IMG/VR virus record: IMGVR_UViG_3300025674_000014
Direction: 5' to 3' (one strand)
Length of the DNA stretch: 64,000 bases
Source of the DNA: a virus
Lineage: Duplodnaviria > Caudoviricetes
The notes below the pieces were generated by a model that was given only the letters and a program-made list of their open reading frames with translations, had not been told where the DNA came from and searched no databases. Positions within the stretch are counted from its first letter, which is position 1. Each line of letters opens with the position of its first letter. Of the stretch, positions 45,647 to 55,071 are shown one piece after another. The position numbers were made by a program, and so were the translations under genes.

Positions 45647-45925
45647 CTAAAAAATACCATCTTCATCATCATCTTCATCTTCATCAACAATGATTTCGGT
45701 ATCTATATCATCTATAAGTTGTTGAAGGCAGGTAACAATATACTTGCGTCTCTTCTGTTTAAAGACCTCGATAAATTCGAGTTTAGCTAACCTTGTTACT
45801 ATCGGTGCGTAATACTTTTTGGGTACATACAGTAAAATGGACCCATTTTTAGGGTCCATTATAATAGTATCGCAAAATTCTTCGCACACAGATAGAGCCA
45901 AATCAAGTATTGCCTCGTTATCCAT
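45647..45925 (-). CDS. Hypothetical protein with an acidic tail
   Basis: Start moved to 45925, 5 nt after TAAATA. Confidence 0.65.
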   Translation of the reverse strand: MDNEAILDLALSVCEEFCDTIIMDPKNGSILLYVPKKYYAPIVTRLAKLEFIEVFKQKRRKYIVTCLQQLIDDIDTEIIVDEDEDDDEDGIF

Positions 45926-45933
45926 GTATATAT

Positions 45934-46284
45934 TTATTGTCTCACCTGAGGGGTACCATTGTACCAATGAGCTCTAGCTGTTAGCGTACCAGAAGAGCCA
46001 GCGCAGCTTAATTGCTCAGTATTTGACATGCCCATAACAACAAATTTTTCACCGTTAGGGATAATAAAATCGTTCAATGAAGCAGGGTCTACACTTTCAC
46101 TATTGCCAGATTTTATCTTAAGATCACCTCCAGTTGTATTAAAGATCACAACTTCACTACACTTAACAGCAATATCAGGTTTAACGTAATTTGAAGCACC
46201 AGTTAGTGTAAATACTATGTTATAGCATTTGTTTAAATTTACATAAACAGTATTTGATGGAATATCGGGCATGTAATAGGCCAT
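45934..46284 (-). CDS. Small beta-rich putative virion protein
   Basis: TAAATA-N5-ATG; beta-strand pattern. Confidence 0.6.
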   Translation of the reverse strand: MAYYMPDIPSNTVYVNLNKCYNIVFTLTGASNYVKPDIAVKCSEVVIFNTTGGDLKIKSGNSESVDPASLNDFIIPNGEKFVVMGMSNTEQLSCAGSSGTLTARAHWYNGTPQVRQ

Positions 46285-46292
46285 AGAAATAT

Positions 46293-46715
46293 TTAATCTG
46301 CGTATGGATTATATTTACCTGATGCATGCAATTTAAGATTTTCATCTATCATTTTTTGAACAATACCTCCTCCTCGTTTGTAATCTCTATTCAAGGTAGG
46401 GTACATAGCCCTATTCAAATCCCACTTCTTGCATGCATGATACTTAGCGCTCTCTAATGATCTAAAGTAAATAGGGTGATCATCTTTAGTATTATGCCAA
46501 CTATAGTTCAAACGCATACCGCAAGTAGTAGGTAAATAGATATCCTCATCGAAAACTTCATTAGTTACAGGATCTGTTTCACCTTTATTATATCTAACAA
46601 TTTCTATTCTACAAGTATGATAATCTCTGATAATATAATATCCTTTTTTATCATCATGATGCCAGGTATGCCAATATTCAGCTTTTGATTTGGCTTTAGA
46701 TATAGATCGTCCCAT
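46293..46715 (-). CDS. Hypothetical protein
   Basis: Start at ATG 46715, TAATG-coupled. Confidence 0.65.
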   Translation of the reverse strand: MGRSISKAKSKAEYWHTWHHDDKKGYYIIRDYHTCRIEIVRYNKGETDPVTNEVFDEDIYLPTTCGMRLNYSWHNTKDDHPIYFRSLESAKYHACKKWDLNRAMYPTLNRDYKRGGGIVQKMIDENLKLHASGKYNPYAD

Positions 46716-46978
46716 TAGTTGTAAACCCAAACGTGTACTTTTTTATTGTCTTTTGCTTTTGGTACGAAACCTTCTTCTACAAGATAATCAATTATTCTAT
46801 TGATACATTCTTGGGCTTCATCTTTTTTACTTGCATCGATGTTGGGAGGGGTTTTGAGAAAAACATTTTGATTTTTAGTTAAAGCAATATCACAATTACC
46901 AACTTTAAAATATTTAGACCCTAAAGTCAACAATTTTAAATCCGGAATGGACTGAAAAAAGTTTTGAACTTTTGGCAT
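46715..46978 (-). CDS. Hypothetical protein
   Basis: TAAATA-N5-ATG. Confidence 0.65.
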   Translation of the reverse strand: MPKVQNFFQSIPDLKLLTLGSKYFKVGNCDIALTKNQNVFLKTPPNIDASKKDEAQECINRIIDYLVEEGFVPKAKDNKKVHVWVYN

Positions 46979-46989
46979 AATAATATTTA

Positions 46990-47223
46990 TTATTCTGCAA
47001 AACCTGTTTCTAGAGAATAGACTAGCTGACCGTTCTCATCATTCTTATCCTGAACTAGAATTACCTCAGTAATTTCTTGCAAACGCCAATTAATATTATC
47101 TTGAACCTCTTTATGAGCATCCATAGCAGTAAAAGCGTCGACATCAATTACTTGTTCTGTAGTTTTTGTCATAGTATCAATATCTTTGACACACACGATA
47201 ACTTTATATGCGTTCGTTTTCAT
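46990..47223 (-). CDS. Small hypothetical early protein
   Basis: TTGATT-N16-TATAAT (47232-47259) upstream of ATG 47223. Confidence 0.65.
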   Translation of the reverse strand: MKTNAYKVIVCVKDIDTMTKTTEQVIDVDAFTAMDAHKEVQDNINWRLQEITEVILVQDKNDENGQLVYSLETGFAE

Positions 47224-47271
47224 ATACAAATATTATAGCGTTAATCTGACCTTAATCAACTAAATATTTTT

Positions 47272-47841
47272 ATGGTCGGAATAAGTTCAATCATATCAGG
47301 GTTAGCCGCTCCGATATCAAATGTTATAACGAAATTTGTTACTCGTAAAGAGGATCAAATGCGTGTTCAGGCTGAAATAGAAAAGATTCAAAAAGATTTT
47401 GAAGCTAAAATCATAGAGAATCAAAATAACGTTCTACAAGCGCAAAAAGATATAGTATTAGCTGAAGTCCAAGGTCACTGGTTTCAACGTAATTGGAGAC
47501 CAGCTTTGATGTGGATAATCATATGTGTTATTGCTAACAATTATCTTATTGCTCCCTTAGTTAATCAAATTTCAACAGTATTTGGTGGTGAAAGTATATT
47601 TCCTGCGTTAGACCTACCGGATAAGTTGTTTAATTTAATGACAATTGGTCTAGGAGGCTATGTTGTTGGTAGAAGTGCTGAGAAAATTGTACCTCAATTA
47701 GCAGAAACAAAAGCTTTAGTAACTTCAGGAACGACTCCTGAACAACTAGAAGAAAAGAAAGTAAAGAAAGCTCAATTCAGAGAAGCTGTTGCAACAGCAA
47801 CAAGAAGACCTGAAACACCAAATATTGGCCCTAGATTCTAA
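47272..47841 (+). CDS. Holin, 3TM (gene-transfer-release) family
   Basis: AEVQG.WFQRNWRPALMW and LMTIGLGGYVVGRSAEK; TAAATA-N5-ATG. Confidence 0.85.
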   Translation: MVGISSIISGLAAPISNVITKFVTRKEDQMRVQAEIEKIQKDFEAKIIENQNNVLQAQKDIVLAEVQGHWFQRNWRPALMWIIICVIANNYLIAPLVNQISTVFGGESIFPALDLPDKLFNLMTIGLGGYVVGRSAEKIVPQLAETKALVTSGTTPEQLEEKKVKKAQFREAVATATRRPETPNIGPRF

Positions 47842-48232
47842 ATAAAGCAGTAGAAGTACCTCTCTTAAAGATAGCTAGTGAAGCCCACTTATCTAGAGAG
47901 GTATTTTCATATAAAGAGACTTTAGGTCTTGGGTGTAAGAAATGAACCTGACTACCTTCAATTTCATAGTCACCTATAGCCGCACAGTATAGATGCTTAT
48001 AGCCTTCTGAATGACTCAAAGACATTTGCACATCTTTAAAGTTTTCATGAACTAATCTATAAATTGAAGGTAGATTTGAGGTTCCTGACTCACTGTAGAT
48101 CTTAAGTAGATCTGATTGAAAAGTTTGAGGTGATGCAAATTTTACATGTTTGGATGTTTTTGTTACCTTTTCGTAAGGACTATTATGAGTAGAAAAATAT
48201 TTTTCTAATAACATGTGATTATCTGCATCCAT
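47831..48232 (-). CDS. Hypothetical late protein
   Basis: TAAATA-N6-ATG; N-terminus DNHMLLEKY resembles the DNKLIFEAY class. Confidence 0.65.
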   Translation of the reverse strand: MDADNHMLLEKYFSTHNSPYEKVTKTSKHVKFASPQTFQSDLLKIYSESGTSNLPSIYRLVHENFKDVQMSLSHSEGYKHLYCAAIGDYEIEGSQVHFLHPRPKVSLYENTSLDKWASLAIFKRGTSTALFRI

Positions 48233-48241
48233 ATTGTATAT

Positions 48242-48439
48242 TTATCCTAATAGTAAATTATCTTTATTACTTTTGTCACTATAAACTTTATCCCAACATT
48301 CACCGCATAGTTGACCACAACCTTCTACATAAAAGTTACGATAATCTATATGAGTATGTTCTGTATAAGGCGTTTCAGCTTCACAAAGTACGCATTTGTC
48401 CATCTTGACACCGTCTGTTTCTGTAATGATATCAGTCAT
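48242..48439 (-). CDS. Small CxxC...CxxC zinc-binding phage protein
   Basis: DKCVLC...YVEGCGQLCGEC. Confidence 0.75.
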   Translation of the reverse strand: MTDIITETDGVKMDKCVLCEAETPYTEHTHIDYRNFYVEGCGQLCGECWDKVYSDKSNKDNLLLG

Positions 48440-48468
48440 AATTTATGATAATATATTTCTTTAAAATT

Positions 48469-49734
48469 CTACCCTCTTATAGTAATACCAACTAACCTAA
48501 CCTGTACTGGTGCAGGTATATTTGAACCTACGTGTATAGTTAATTCTTCCGTTCCTGTTACAAAAGAGTTTGGTATAATATGATAACTTGCATCATATCT
48601 ACGTCGCTGAGACCCATCTTTAATGTTAAACGGTAAAGAAGTTAACATCACATTAGAACCAGCAAGAGCATTTCTATAACCAAAAAACCCTGTAGCGTTA
48701 TCTTGATGTGCGCCGGTATACTGAAAGTGAAAATCTTGAATTTGACCCCAAGTTATATTAAAATTTTGAACTGCAGTTCTTACATCATTAATATCTAATG
48801 TTGCTGCTTTATAAGTTATTGGTTCATTTACACCTACCATCGAAACACCGTATCCTAAATAAGTTTGATAATCAGTAAATTTTTCTAAACCGGATGCTAA
48901 AGTAACATTATTACTTGTAATGTTAGGTGTAGGCTTGGCTAACACATTTAATAATGTTACCCCAAGATAGTTGGAACCACCCGGGTTTGAAGCTATAAAA
49001 TTATTACTTAAACCGGTAGGGGAGTTAGTTAAATTGCCATTATTATCAACATAAACAGCTTTTACACCAGCATTATTAAGCCCTGTAATTCTTAAAGATG
49101 ATACAGTTGGGTTAGTTGCATTTGATAAAATTTGATCAAAAGTAACATTATCAACATTACTACTAGCAATTCTACCAAGTACGCTATTTTCATTTACGCT
49201 AATACTATCGGGAGGAAGTTCATTAGTAGATGAATTACCTAATAAACTATTAGCAGATGAACTAGGTAAAACATCATATAATACTTCTCCTACTTTTAAT
49301 TGATTACCATCAATTAAAATAGAAACACCATCAACATCTACATTTAAATTATCGTTATTTAAAACTAAACCATCACCAATGTTTGCAGCTAATCCAATTT
49401 TATCATACCCTGCTTCAACTGATGCATTATCGTTTTCTAAAGATGTTGAACCTTGATAACCGGTTTTTCTTGCATATAAACCTGAACCTAATTTAAAATA
49501 GTCACCAGGCATTGGGTTTAAGGAAGCTACAGTATTAAAATCATTAACAGTACCTAGATATTTTACACCGGTAGCATTACCAATACCGCTTCCATCACCG
49601 ATAAAAAGTCTTTTAGTGTCGGTTGTAAACCCTAACTCACCTTCAGCTAGGGAAATTTGTTTTCGTTCATCATTAGTTCCTTTTCTAACTAATGAACGTA
49701 TAATAGTGTTATCTGTTATTTCTACGCTAGCCAT
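48469..49734 (-). CDS. Fibre-like virion protein with an Mtd_N-type N-terminal domain
   Basis: VRKGTNDER...LAEGELGFTTDTKRLFIGDG; VDGVSILIDGNQLKV fibre repeat. Confidence 0.75.
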   Translation of the reverse strand: MASVEITDNTIIRSLVRKGTNDERKQISLAEGELGFTTDTKRLFIGDGSGIGNATGVKYLGTVNDFNTVASLNPMPGDYFKLGSGLYARKTGYQGSTSLENDNASVEAGYDKIGLAANIGDGLVLNNDNLNVDVDGVSILIDGNQLKVGEVLYDVLPSSSANSLLGNSSTNELPPDSISVNENSVLGRIASSNVDNVTFDQILSNATNPTVSSLRITGLNNAGVKAVYVDNNGNLTNSPTGLSNNFIASNPGGSNYLGVTLLNVLAKPTPNITSNNVTLASGLEKFTDYQTYLGYGVSMVGVNEPITYKAATLDINDVRTAVQNFNITWGQIQDFHFQYTGAHQDNATGFFGYRNALAGSNVMLTSLPFNIKDGSQRRRYDASYHIIPNSFVTGTEELTIHVGSNIPAPVQVRLVGITIRG

Positions 49735-49735
49735 A

Positions 49736-51763
49736 TTATCTAAATTTTAAAAGTGTTGTACCTAAAACATCATCACCATTTATATCTTTCAACACGTGAT
49801 TAGTGTTAGCACTACCAGGTATGGTAATTAAATTTTGAGGATAATTTTGAGTGTTAGAATTATAAGCATTATAAAATGCACCATTTAATGCTCGTACATC
49901 AGGAGTACCTTCACCTCCATTAGGTGTAAATGTAGCGCCCGAACCAATACCTACCCCTTTTCTGTTAACAATACCATCGTTATACCCAGGAGCAAGTGAT
50001 GTAAATACCATGGTAGAATTACCTGATGAATAACTTACATCATATACAGAACTAAAATAATTATCCGTCTTTAAAGCATTTAACGTGGCATCTGCAACTT
50101 CATCTTCAGTTGAAGCAGATTGAATATCTACTTTTACTAAATTAGTTATATAACCCCTATGCTGTGAGTTTACAGATATATCAGGTTGAGTTGCTGAACC
50201 ATCTAAATCGTAGTAAATACAAGTTCTGTTACCTAAAGAATCATATACTAAAAAGTATTTACTATTTGATAAACTTGCTTTAGCAGGAAAATTAGTAATA
50301 CTATGACTTGCTTGTAATCCCCTACCACTTAAATATGCTGCTTCGGTACTTAATACCAGCCAATCATAAAAACTAGCTGAAACTTTACCGTTACTGCTAT
50401 CACCTGCACTCACACCGGAACCGCTTTTACTTTCGTAGGTATTAGCATTAGCGTAAGTAACAGCTGTATCTCCTATAGCATATGTTAATGTGCCTGGGCC
50501 TTGAGCATAATCTATATCATATGGTTCAGTAAAACCTTTTACTAAACATTGAATGTAAATATCATTACTATCAGTCCACGCATCAAAAATATTTTCTTCA
50601 TATGAATTTTGTATACCATTTATAGCTTCAACTACGTTAGCTTTTAAATCAGAACTTGTTGTTGAAAAATTACAACTTATTACTTCAGTTTCTGGATAAG
50701 ATTCAGAATATGCTAACAATGCAGTATCATCAGTAGGGTCTTGTATAAAAATAGAATAAATTACTCCATTACCCCCAGGTAATATAAAAGCTTTATTTTG
50801 GTACTCTCCTGCTGAAACTGGGTCTGTTGTAGTAAAATTACCTATTTTAAAATTAGCATATGCACCTTGATTGGATATACAACTTAAAGGTAGACCGGTT
50901 GTTAAAACTGTACCTGGAAAATCTTGTTTGTTTAAAAAGTAATAAGGATCAGTTAAAGTATCACCAGATAAGTTATTGACTATAGAAGATTGACCTAAAG
51001 CTCTTACAACAGTATTAGAACTGCTGCTACCTATACTTTGTATATTACCTTGAATTTTTGATGCATTTATTTTAGTGGTAGCATAACTATTAATACCTTC
51101 AGTAAGAAGATTTGCATCTGATGCATTTGATATAGGAAAGGTAGGACTAGCATCTAATTTACTAAACCCCGATGCTGACATAAACCCCGGGTTAGTGGCA
51201 TCTGCATTAGAGTGGTGCTGGGTTAAAGTAGCAGTATCTTGAAATCCTAAACCACCGTGTGAAATATTAGTTAATGTACCAACAGATAATTCATTAGAAC
51301 CATTAAAGGTAAGTAAAGTTGATGATTCGGTATCAGTAGCAATATTAATGTATAAAGTATCTGAAGCATCTAAAGCTAAACCAGCTCCTACTTTATCAGC
51401 AGATAATGTTGCAGCTCCAGGTACTAATTCAAGATGATTATTTGAATTATATCTTATAGTACTACCATCAACTCTTGATGATAAAAGATACCATGAATCA
51501 GTAGATGTATAATCTGATGCAGTTAAAGTATAATATAAATTGTTATCTAAAGTAGTATCACCTATAACTGAGTTAGTAGCTACTCTTGCTGTGCTAAAGG
51601 TTTTATTACCTACAATGTTTCCTCCTGTGGAAGTACCATCACCAGCAAATACACGCTTGGTGTCAATAGTGTAGCCTAATTCACCTTCATCTAGTATAAC
51701 GCGCTTTCTTTCCTGGTCAGTACCTCTACGAATTTTTATTTTTGCTGCATCTACCGTCGGCAT
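49736..51763 (-). CDS. Fibre-like virion protein with an Mtd_N-type N-terminal domain
   Basis: IKIRRGTDQER...LDEGELGYTIDTKRVFAGDG; two internal repeated modules. Confidence 0.75.
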   Translation of the reverse strand: MPTVDAAKIKIRRGTDQERKRVILDEGELGYTIDTKRVFAGDGTSTGGNIVGNKTFSTARVATNSVIGDTTLDNNLYYTLTASDYTSTDSWYLLSSRVDGSTIRYNSNNHLELVPGAATLSADKVGAGLALDASDTLYINIATDTESSTLLTFNGSNELSVGTLTNISHGGLGFQDTATLTQHHSNADATNPGFMSASGFSKLDASPTFPISNASDANLLTEGINSYATTKINASKIQGNIQSIGSSSSNTVVRALGQSSIVNNLSGDTLTDPYYFLNKQDFPGTVLTTGLPLSCISNQGAYANFKIGNFTTTDPVSAGEYQNKAFILPGGNGVIYSIFIQDPTDDTALLAYSESYPETEVISCNFSTTSSDLKANVVEAINGIQNSYEENIFDAWTDSNDIYIQCLVKGFTEPYDIDYAQGPGTLTYAIGDTAVTYANANTYESKSGSGVSAGDSSNGKVSASFYDWLVLSTEAAYLSGRGLQASHSITNFPAKASLSNSKYFLVYDSLGNRTCIYYDLDGSATQPDISVNSQHRGYITNLVKVDIQSASTEDEVADATLNALKTDNYFSSVYDVSYSSGNSTMVFTSLAPGYNDGIVNRKGVGIGSGATFTPNGGEGTPDVRALNGAFYNAYNSNTQNYPQNLITIPGSANTNHVLKDINGDDVLGTTLLKFR

Positions 51764-51781
51764 ATATGATTATTTATTAAA

Positions 51782-52009
51782 TTAGTATGAATCTAAAGAC
51801 TTAGTAAAGTCATATTCATCAATATATTTGCTGACAAGATCTTTTGCTATTCTGAAGGTTTTATTTATTTCGTCTTTATTTGAACTGAAAATATGAACCC
51901 CGAACAAAAAAGCCGGGGTTACTTTAGTGACAGCGGAGATATACTCTCCTTCATCTTCACTCTTTCTAATTAAATAAAAAATAATATCTTGATCATTAAT
52001 TTTAGACAT
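51782..52009 (-). CDS. Small hypothetical protein
   Basis: 75-aa ORF overlapping the upstream stop. Confidence 0.6.
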   Translation of the reverse strand: MSKINDQDIIFYLIRKSEDEGEYISAVTKVTPAFLFGVHIFSSNKDEINKTFRIAKDLVSKYIDEYDFTKSLDSY

Positions 52010-52760
52010 CTAACAATTCTTGTACTAAGATTTCCTCTGCATTCCCTTTTCTTTCTGTACCAGTTTCGCTAATTGCTTTTCCTATCATTTTATCATATTT
52101 ACCTTTTCTGTGATGTAACAATACCTTTTGTCCAGGTGTTATGTTAACATCAATACCCATATCAATAAAAGCTTCTACCTTTTCATTATTAACTTCAACA
52201 TTTACACCATAACCATTCATTACAAAAATATAACCTTCTTGAGGTAAAATAGGTTCTGGTGCAGCTGCTTCAACAGTTTGAGGTACACATGATGCACATG
52301 GCTGATAAGTCGGTGTTACTACTGGTGTGCAACAAGTTGGACTAGTCATCTTAACTGTTTCATAAAAATCAATTTGACAAGATTGACTACAAGTTGGTAA
52401 AGGTGTACTATAGCACGTTGTCGGTGATGGAGGTGTACATACCGGGCTTGGATCGCATTGAGCTAAAGGCTGTACGCAATTAGTACAGCAAACGGTGGTT
52501 TGAATAGGACGATAAGCATGATTGTGTTTTTCAGGCTTAGTAAAGTTTTTACTATATGGTGACACCTTATAACCATTACATGTGTTACTACCACAGCAAA
52601 CATTAGCAGTAGAACAGCTAGATTTTAGAACATTTTGAGGTTCTATGCAATAAACAGGAGCAGCAGAAGGAGTAGGTGAAGGAGTACAACATGAAATATA
52701 CCTACTTTTGCTTTTATTTCTTCTGAAAAAACGAGATAGCCATTTAAACATAACGAGCAT
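52002..52760 (-). CDS. Cys/Thr/Pro-rich protein with a small C-terminal beta-barrel-like domain
   Basis: 19 Cys by hand count; start may be ATG 52751 given TAAATA at 52760-52765. Confidence 0.7.
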   Translation of the reverse strand: MLVMFKWLSRFFRRNKSKSRYISCCTPSPTPSAAPVYCIEPQNVLKSSCSTANVCCGSNTCNGYKVSPYSKNFTKPEKHNHAYRPIQTTVCCTNCVQPLAQCDPSPVCTPPSPTTCYSTPLPTCSQSCQIDFYETVKMTSPTCCTPVVTPTYQPCASCVPQTVEAAAPEPILPQEGYIFVMNGYGVNVEVNNEKVEAFIDMGIDVNITPGQKVLLHHRKGKYDKMIGKAISETGTERKGNAEEILVQELLDV

Positions 52761-52784
52761 ATTTAAATGGCTGTATTTTAAAAA

Positions 52785-53066
52785 TCAAGATATATTAGTA
52801 ATAATACCATTAGTAATAGTTAATGTAATGGTACTATCATCAGGTGCTTTTACTTCTAATGATTGAGTAGAACCTCTTAAATCATTAATAATAAACTCGT
52901 CAGCACTTAAAGAAATAACACTAAGGTTAGAATAACCAGTACTTAATGTTTCTATACCTGATGTTGAATTGTATGTAGAATCAATAAGGCTACCAAACTG
53001 TTCAGCTGTAGGAACATCCCCAGTTTCGAAGTAACCTTTTAATGTGCTTATACTTTCTCTTGACAT
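52785..53066 (-). CDS. Small putative virion protein (LKGYFETGDVPTAEQF motif)
   Basis: N-terminal LKxxFxTGxxPTxxQFxxLIDS motif recalled from phage and tail-associated proteins; TAAATA-N5-ATG. Confidence 0.65.
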   Translation of the reverse strand: MSRESISTLKGYFETGDVPTAEQFGSLIDSTYNSTSGIETLSTGYSNLSVISLSADEFIINDLRGSTQSLEVKAPDDSTITLTITNGIITNIS

Positions 53067-53078
53067 ACTAATATTTAT

Positions 53079-53285
53079 TTAGCAGCAACAGCAGCAACTG
53101 TATGTTGCTCTTCCTGCAGTACTAGGGCAAGATGTAGCAGCACTACAAGTAGTGCAAGTCGTACAAGTCGTACCACAACAACAAGCAGCACCGCAGTTGT
53201 TAGGGTAAGTAGTTGATTCTTTTTTAGGTTTTTGGCTACTATATGATTCGCCACCGCAACAAGAGGAGTAATTACAATCGCTCAT
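53079..53285 (-). CDS. 68-aa cysteine-rich peptide (metallothionein-like composition)
   Basis: 16 Cys, C-terminal CCCCC; own TAAATA-N7-ATG. Confidence 0.7.
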   Translation of the reverse strand: MSDCNYSSCCGGESYSSQKPKKESTTYPNNCGAACCCGTTCTTCTTCSAATSCPSTAGRATYSCCCCC

Positions 53286-53295
53286 ATATATCTAT

Positions 53296-55071
53296 TTATT
53301 GAACCGGGGCTGGTTCTGCGGCAGGAGCGGCACCTCCTTCAGGCGGAACTTCGCCTCCAGTTACATCAGGCCCGCCTCCTTCTGGTGGAGGACCAAAATC
53401 AGGGGGTAGGCCTGAACCGCCACCTGCGGGTATTGCACCTCCACCAGCTTCCATTCCTTCTCCCCCTTCGGCTCCACCAGAGGCAATAGCCTCTCTCCAA
53501 TTAGGACCACTAGCTTCAATCTGAGCTAATTCCCAAGTGAGTTCTTTGTCCTTGCGTAAAAATTCTCTATTAGCTTTAACTTCAATATCAGACCAACCTA
53601 AGTACTTCTTCTGAGCCCAAGTATTAGAAACAAACTCACTATTAGTTAAACTTGACCAGTTATTAACTTTAAGCTCAAGCTTTTGCTGCTCTCGCATTTC
53701 AAAGAAGTTAGAAGGTACATTAAACTCTAAATCTAAATTTAGTTCTTTTAGATTATATTTCTCCCATATCTTCTTAAGTTTAAGATGAGTTATAAAGCCA
53801 TTCTTTAATCCTGCAGCAAACTGCATTTGCATACGAATAATAAAACGAGCAAACTTAAGTTCTTCTCTTAATATATCTGTACCATCCTGAAATGATTGCT
53901 CAGGGTTTAATCTAGTTACAGGTACTTTAAGTGACTTATATAACTTCTTCATGAAGTACATTAAGTCTTCCAACTCACCTAAATTCTGACCACCAGCTAA
54001 AGTTGTAACACTTGTACCTTCACTACCTGCTCTCTTTGCAAACCAAAAAGAGTCTAGCATTGACTGAGGTGAAAATTTCATTACCTGACCACTACTATCA
54101 GTATCATATGTATGTCTACTCCAATATTTTTGCTGAAGGTTTCTTAGATAACCTTCTGCTTTAGGAGGTGACATATTACCTACATCTACATTGAATACTA
54201 ACTTCTCAGGTGCTCTTACTAATCTATATATAACAATTGCATCTTCAATGAGAGATAACTGTCTATAAGCTCTTCTAGCATTCTCTAAGTAAGGTAATCT
54301 AATTGTCTTATTATCATTCCAGATACCAGAGTTAACATATGTAACCTGATTTTTGTCCATTGGAATGAGTTGCATGTCCTCAATCTTAGTAGGATTCTCT
54401 TCATTAAAGACAGGTTTTCTTAAAAGATAACCTTGAACAATACTATTTTGAATATTACCAAAAATTGGATCGATGAGTTCGGTGGGAATTTGTACTGTAC
54501 CTAAAATACCTTCTTTTGGGTGATCTTTATGAATAATATGTTCCCAATAAACTTCACCCTCTACAAGTAATTGTCTAAAATATTCCCAACCTTTATGCTC
54601 TAAATCAAAGTAACTAATGAACTTCTGAAATTCATCTTCTAATTGCTTTTGTTCATTAGGTTTAAACTCTCTATGTAAAAATTTTAATTTTACAATCTCA
54701 CCGTTAGCATCTTTGTTTATAATCTCATCACAAATTTCATCTAATGCATCTCCAACTTCAGCAAATGCTGCCATTACTCTATAATCACGAATTCTTGCTG
54801 CTTTATCTTGCTGAATATTCGCATACATGAACTCCTGAAAGCCCTTGTCCATTGCGATATCACCAACAGCTGAATTATTAATAGGTGTAGATGATGAAAT
54901 AGATTGACGCTGTAATGCGTCTTCACGACGACTACCTTCGCCTTGAAATAGCTTATACTTAGGGTTTACGTCATTTAACGTTTCGATAGTTTGATAAGAC
55001 TGATAAGGAAGTCTGCTTTGTACATACTTCATTAACGAACGTCCAAATGTATTTTTATTTCCTGTACCCAT
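53296..55071 (-). CDS. gp20: Portal vertex protein, T4 gp20-like
   Basis: RQLSLIEDAIVIYRLVRAPEKLVFNVDVGNM, FWFAKR, GTSVTTLAGGQNLGE, LYKSLKVPVTRL, ILREELKF. Confidence 0.97.
   Translation of the reverse strand: MGTGNKNTFGRSLMKYVQSRLPYQSYQTIETLNDVNPKYKLFQGEGSRREDALQRQSISSSTPINNSAVGDIAMDKGFQEFMYANIQQDKAARIRDYRVMAAFAEVGDALDEICDEIINKDANGEIVKLKFLHREFKPNEQKQLEDEFQKFISYFDLEHKGWEYFRQLLVEGEVYWEHIIHKDHPKEGILGTVQIPTELIDPIFGNIQNSIVQGYLLRKPVFNEENPTKIEDMQLIPMDKNQVTYVNSGIWNDNKTIRLPYLENARRAYRQLSLIEDAIVIYRLVRAPEKLVFNVDVGNMSPPKAEGYLRNLQQKYWSRHTYDTDSSGQVMKFSPQSMLDSFWFAKRAGSEGTSVTTLAGGQNLGELEDLMYFMKKLYKSLKVPVTRLNPEQSFQDGTDILREELKFARFIIRMQMQFAAGLKNGFITHLKLKKIWEKYNLKELNLDLEFNVPSNFFEMREQQKLELKVNNWSSLTNSEFVSNTWAQKKYLGWSDIEVKANREFLRKDKELTWELAQIEASGPNWREAIASGGAEGGEGMEAGGGAIPAGGGSGLPPDFGPPPEGGGPDVTGGEVPPEGGAAPAAEPAPVQ

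Noticed and set aside
48469-51763. Diversity-generating retroelement implied by the Mtd_N domains
   Set aside because: No reverse transcriptase and no adenine-mismatched TR/VR pair seen. Mtd_N is only an anchor domain.
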